A stretch of DNA of 46,932 bases, taken from positions 1 through 46,932 of the forward strand of contig PXUB01000007.1 in NCBI GenBank assembly GCA_003009755.1, read 5' to 3'. The notes beneath the pieces were generated by a model that was not told the origin of the DNA, did no database searches, and saw only the letters and a program-made list of their open reading frames with translations. This document shows, in pieces, positions 46,869 to 46,932 of this stretch (positions are counted from its first letter, which is position 1; every line of letters begins with the position of its first letter). The position numbers and the translations under genes were made by a program. Source of the DNA: Thermoplasmatales archaeon SW_10_69_26 (GTDB lineage: Archaea > Thermoplasmatota > SW-10-69-26).

Positions 46869-46932
46869 GCGCCGGTCTGAGCGAGGCAAGGTCGCGGAGC
46901 CCGAGGAAGGAAACCCCCTGTGGGTTTTCGAC
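46869..46932. repeat. Left half of the palindromic repeat whose right half is at 1-61
   Basis: 23-bp terminal identity with 1-23 and a 13-bp perfect inverted repeat to 49-61. Confidence 0.85.

Noticed and set aside
1-46932. Numerous long Arg/Pro/Gly-rich or antisense ORFs in the six-frame track (e.g. 1092-2966, 14024-16174, 17883-19889, 35101-37119, 44547-46880)
   Set aside because: They are shadow frames of real genes in high-GC DNA, with no motifs and a composition unlike the acidic proteome.
1-46932. CRISPR array, cas genes, reverse transcriptase, integrase, transposase or phage structural genes
   Set aside because: No regularly spaced repeats and no recognisable motifs were found.

Overview
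A 46.9-kb, very GC-rich chromosomal segment from an archaeon. The evidence is rpl15e, a ZPR1-type zinc finger, DUF61 and DUF357 genes, an archaeal-type tRNA-Asp and TATA-like promoters. The proteins are strongly acidic, which points to a salt-in halophile; my inference is a halophilic Thermoplasmatota-like lineage. Housekeeping and metabolic genes include purH, glyoxalase I, an aldo/keto reductase, MscS, an APC permease, a PanE-like reductase, a YcsG/Nramp-like transporter with hydantoinase/oxoprolinase A and B, and a crotonase. They are interleaved with two toxin-antitoxin-like pairs, an AAA+/vWA pair whose vWA gene is broken, and many secreted or lipoprotein genes, often as tandem paralogues. 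The best candidate for an undescribed system is at 10.99-18.38 kb. There a ~1380-aa multidomain secreted metzincin-like protease with an HFS motif is followed by three paralogous beta-propeller lipoproteins. The second lipoprotein is preceded by a diverged orphan copy of the protease's C-terminal tail, and homopolymer-linked frameshifts occur in cassettes 2 and 3. This resembles a polymorphic effector/immunity (or protease/inhibitor) cassette array. Also notable are two convergent, highly structured non-coding regions at 43.8-44.3 kb and a structured palindromic repeat family; one copy is split across the two window ends, which share an identical 23-mer. All product calls come from motif recognition by eye; no database searches were run.
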